64,000 nt of DNA from Amphiscolops sp. MND2022 (taxonomy: Eukaryota), in the NCBI GenBank assembly GCA_964187785.1, contig OZ076420.1, positions 54,622,001 to 54,686,000 on the forward strand, written 5' to 3'. The translations under genes were made by a program, and so were the position numbers. Positions 63,086 through 64,000 of this stretch are shown here, piece after piece. Numbering within the stretch: the stretch's first letter is position 1; each line of letters opens with the position of its first letter. A model generated the notes under the pieces. That model worked only from the letters and a program-made list of their open reading frames with translations, had not been told where the DNA came from and searched no databases.

Positions 63086-63976
63086 CTAGCAATCACCCTT
63101 CAATTGGCCCTCCCATCCCGTCACGAGCGATGGTCCCTCCGAAAGGGTCGAAACACTATGACATGATAACGCTAGCTGCATCAAAATGCTCGTTTCCTTC
63201 GAAACGAAAAACTCAATTTTTTGAACCGCGTTGTTCTGAGGACCACGTTCCAGAAACCTTACGAAGGATTGGACACTTTGAATATCTTTGAAGAGATTCA
63301 AAGAAGCCATTCCTCGTTCGGCGATCAGAAAAACTTTTAAACCAAGCGGGGTAAAAGAAACAGAATTATCGTCTCCTTCTAAATGTGCTTCGGTGAACCA
63401 CGGACCCAACGTGATGATCGCATCGGTTGCGGTAATTTTCATATTTTCCGGTAGGGTGAAATCTAACCCGGACATTGGCAAGGTCCATCCTTTAGACCTG
63501 TTCTGGAATACTTTGTCAGAACAAGTGATTTGAGGTCTAAGGCGTCTTCGCCTCTTGATCGGAAACTTCCTACAGAAGGTTTCAACTTCTTTCCGGGTAG
63601 AGCATGCTCTAATCTCTTTCATGAACAGTTCATTGATGTGGAAAAGATCCTGGTTGGTGATGGCAACCGGTTTGACGAACTTCCCGTCTTCCATGAAGTC
63701 GGTCATTTCACCGCACAATTTCTCTCTAAACTCCGTGGAAACCTTAACATTCGTTCCGTCAATTGCTGGCACATGTTGCCATCCCAGCTCATCCAGATAT
63801 GAACGAATATCTTCATTTCTCCAAGAGGCTAGAAACTCGGTAACATTGAGAACACGTTCATCAGACATGATAAAAAAGTGCAAAAGCAATCTGAAAATAT
63901 GTACAACATGAACCCAATATATAGGTCTGAAGTGGCTAAGAATCGATGAACACAGTCGTATAGGAGTGATGCTCAA
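63086..63976 (-). CDS. Intronless JmjC-like (cupin, 2OG-Fe(II) dioxygenase) ORF; likely start MSDERV at ~63870
   Basis: FTEAHLE (HxE), LGLKVFLIA (conserved G.K) and SCHSVSTL...SLVTGWE (distal His) have JmjC-type spacing. The C-terminal third is also duplicated at 59931-60240. Confidence 0.72.
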   Translation of the reverse strand: MSITPIRLCSSILSHFRPIYWVHVVHIFRLLLHFFIMSDERVLNVTEFLASWRNEDIRSYLDELGWQHVPAIDGTNVKVSTEFREKLCGEMTDFMEDGKFVKPVAITNQDLFHINELFMKEIRACSTRKEVETFCRKFPIKRRRRLRPQITCSDKVFQNRSKGWTLPMSGLDFTLPENMKITATDAIITLGPWFTEAHLEGDDNSVSFTPLGLKVFLIAERGMASLNLFKDIQSVQSFVRFLERGPQNNAVQKIEFFVSKETSILMQLALSCHSVSTLSEGPSLVTGWEGQLKGDC

Positions 63977-64000
63977 TCTACCTAATAATATACAGGACCA

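Larger units (their letters stand above)
57088..63392. repeat. Tandem segmental duplication, 3153 bp + 3152 bp
   Basis: 57088-60240 is nearly identical to 60241-63392; paired ORFs show offsets of about 3152-3155. Confidence 0.97.

Overview
AT-rich eukaryotic (animal-like) genomic DNA with GT-AG introns; the species cannot be determined from the sequence. From left to right: (1) the 3' end of a Tc1-type DD34E transposon (1-386); (2) a six-exon minus-strand OBI1/RNF219-like RING ligase gene (3749-12933) whose introns carry dispersed repeats and tRNA-derived relics; (3) a ~17.3 kb array of about 50 ~345-bp satellite monomers with higher-order structure (14670-31980), grading into a degraded, possibly MULE-like ORF; (4) a fragmented Polinton/adintovirus-type protein-primed PolB (minus strand, ~34690-37952); (5) a large decayed Helitron-like element. 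Its Rep-helicase polyprotein (~41050-48773) carries an N-terminal OTU protease and Cys-rich domains and a C-terminal SLX1-like GIY-YIG nuclease. Nearby are two SGNH hydrolase genes, an unknown Cys-motif ORF and an intronless JmjC-like dioxygenase ORF whose 5' end also occurs at 13948-14173; (6) a 3.15-kb tandem duplication (57088-63392). All domain calls come from motif recognition by eye, not database searches. Most mobile-element ORFs are broken by stops and frameshifts, and element boundaries are uncertain.
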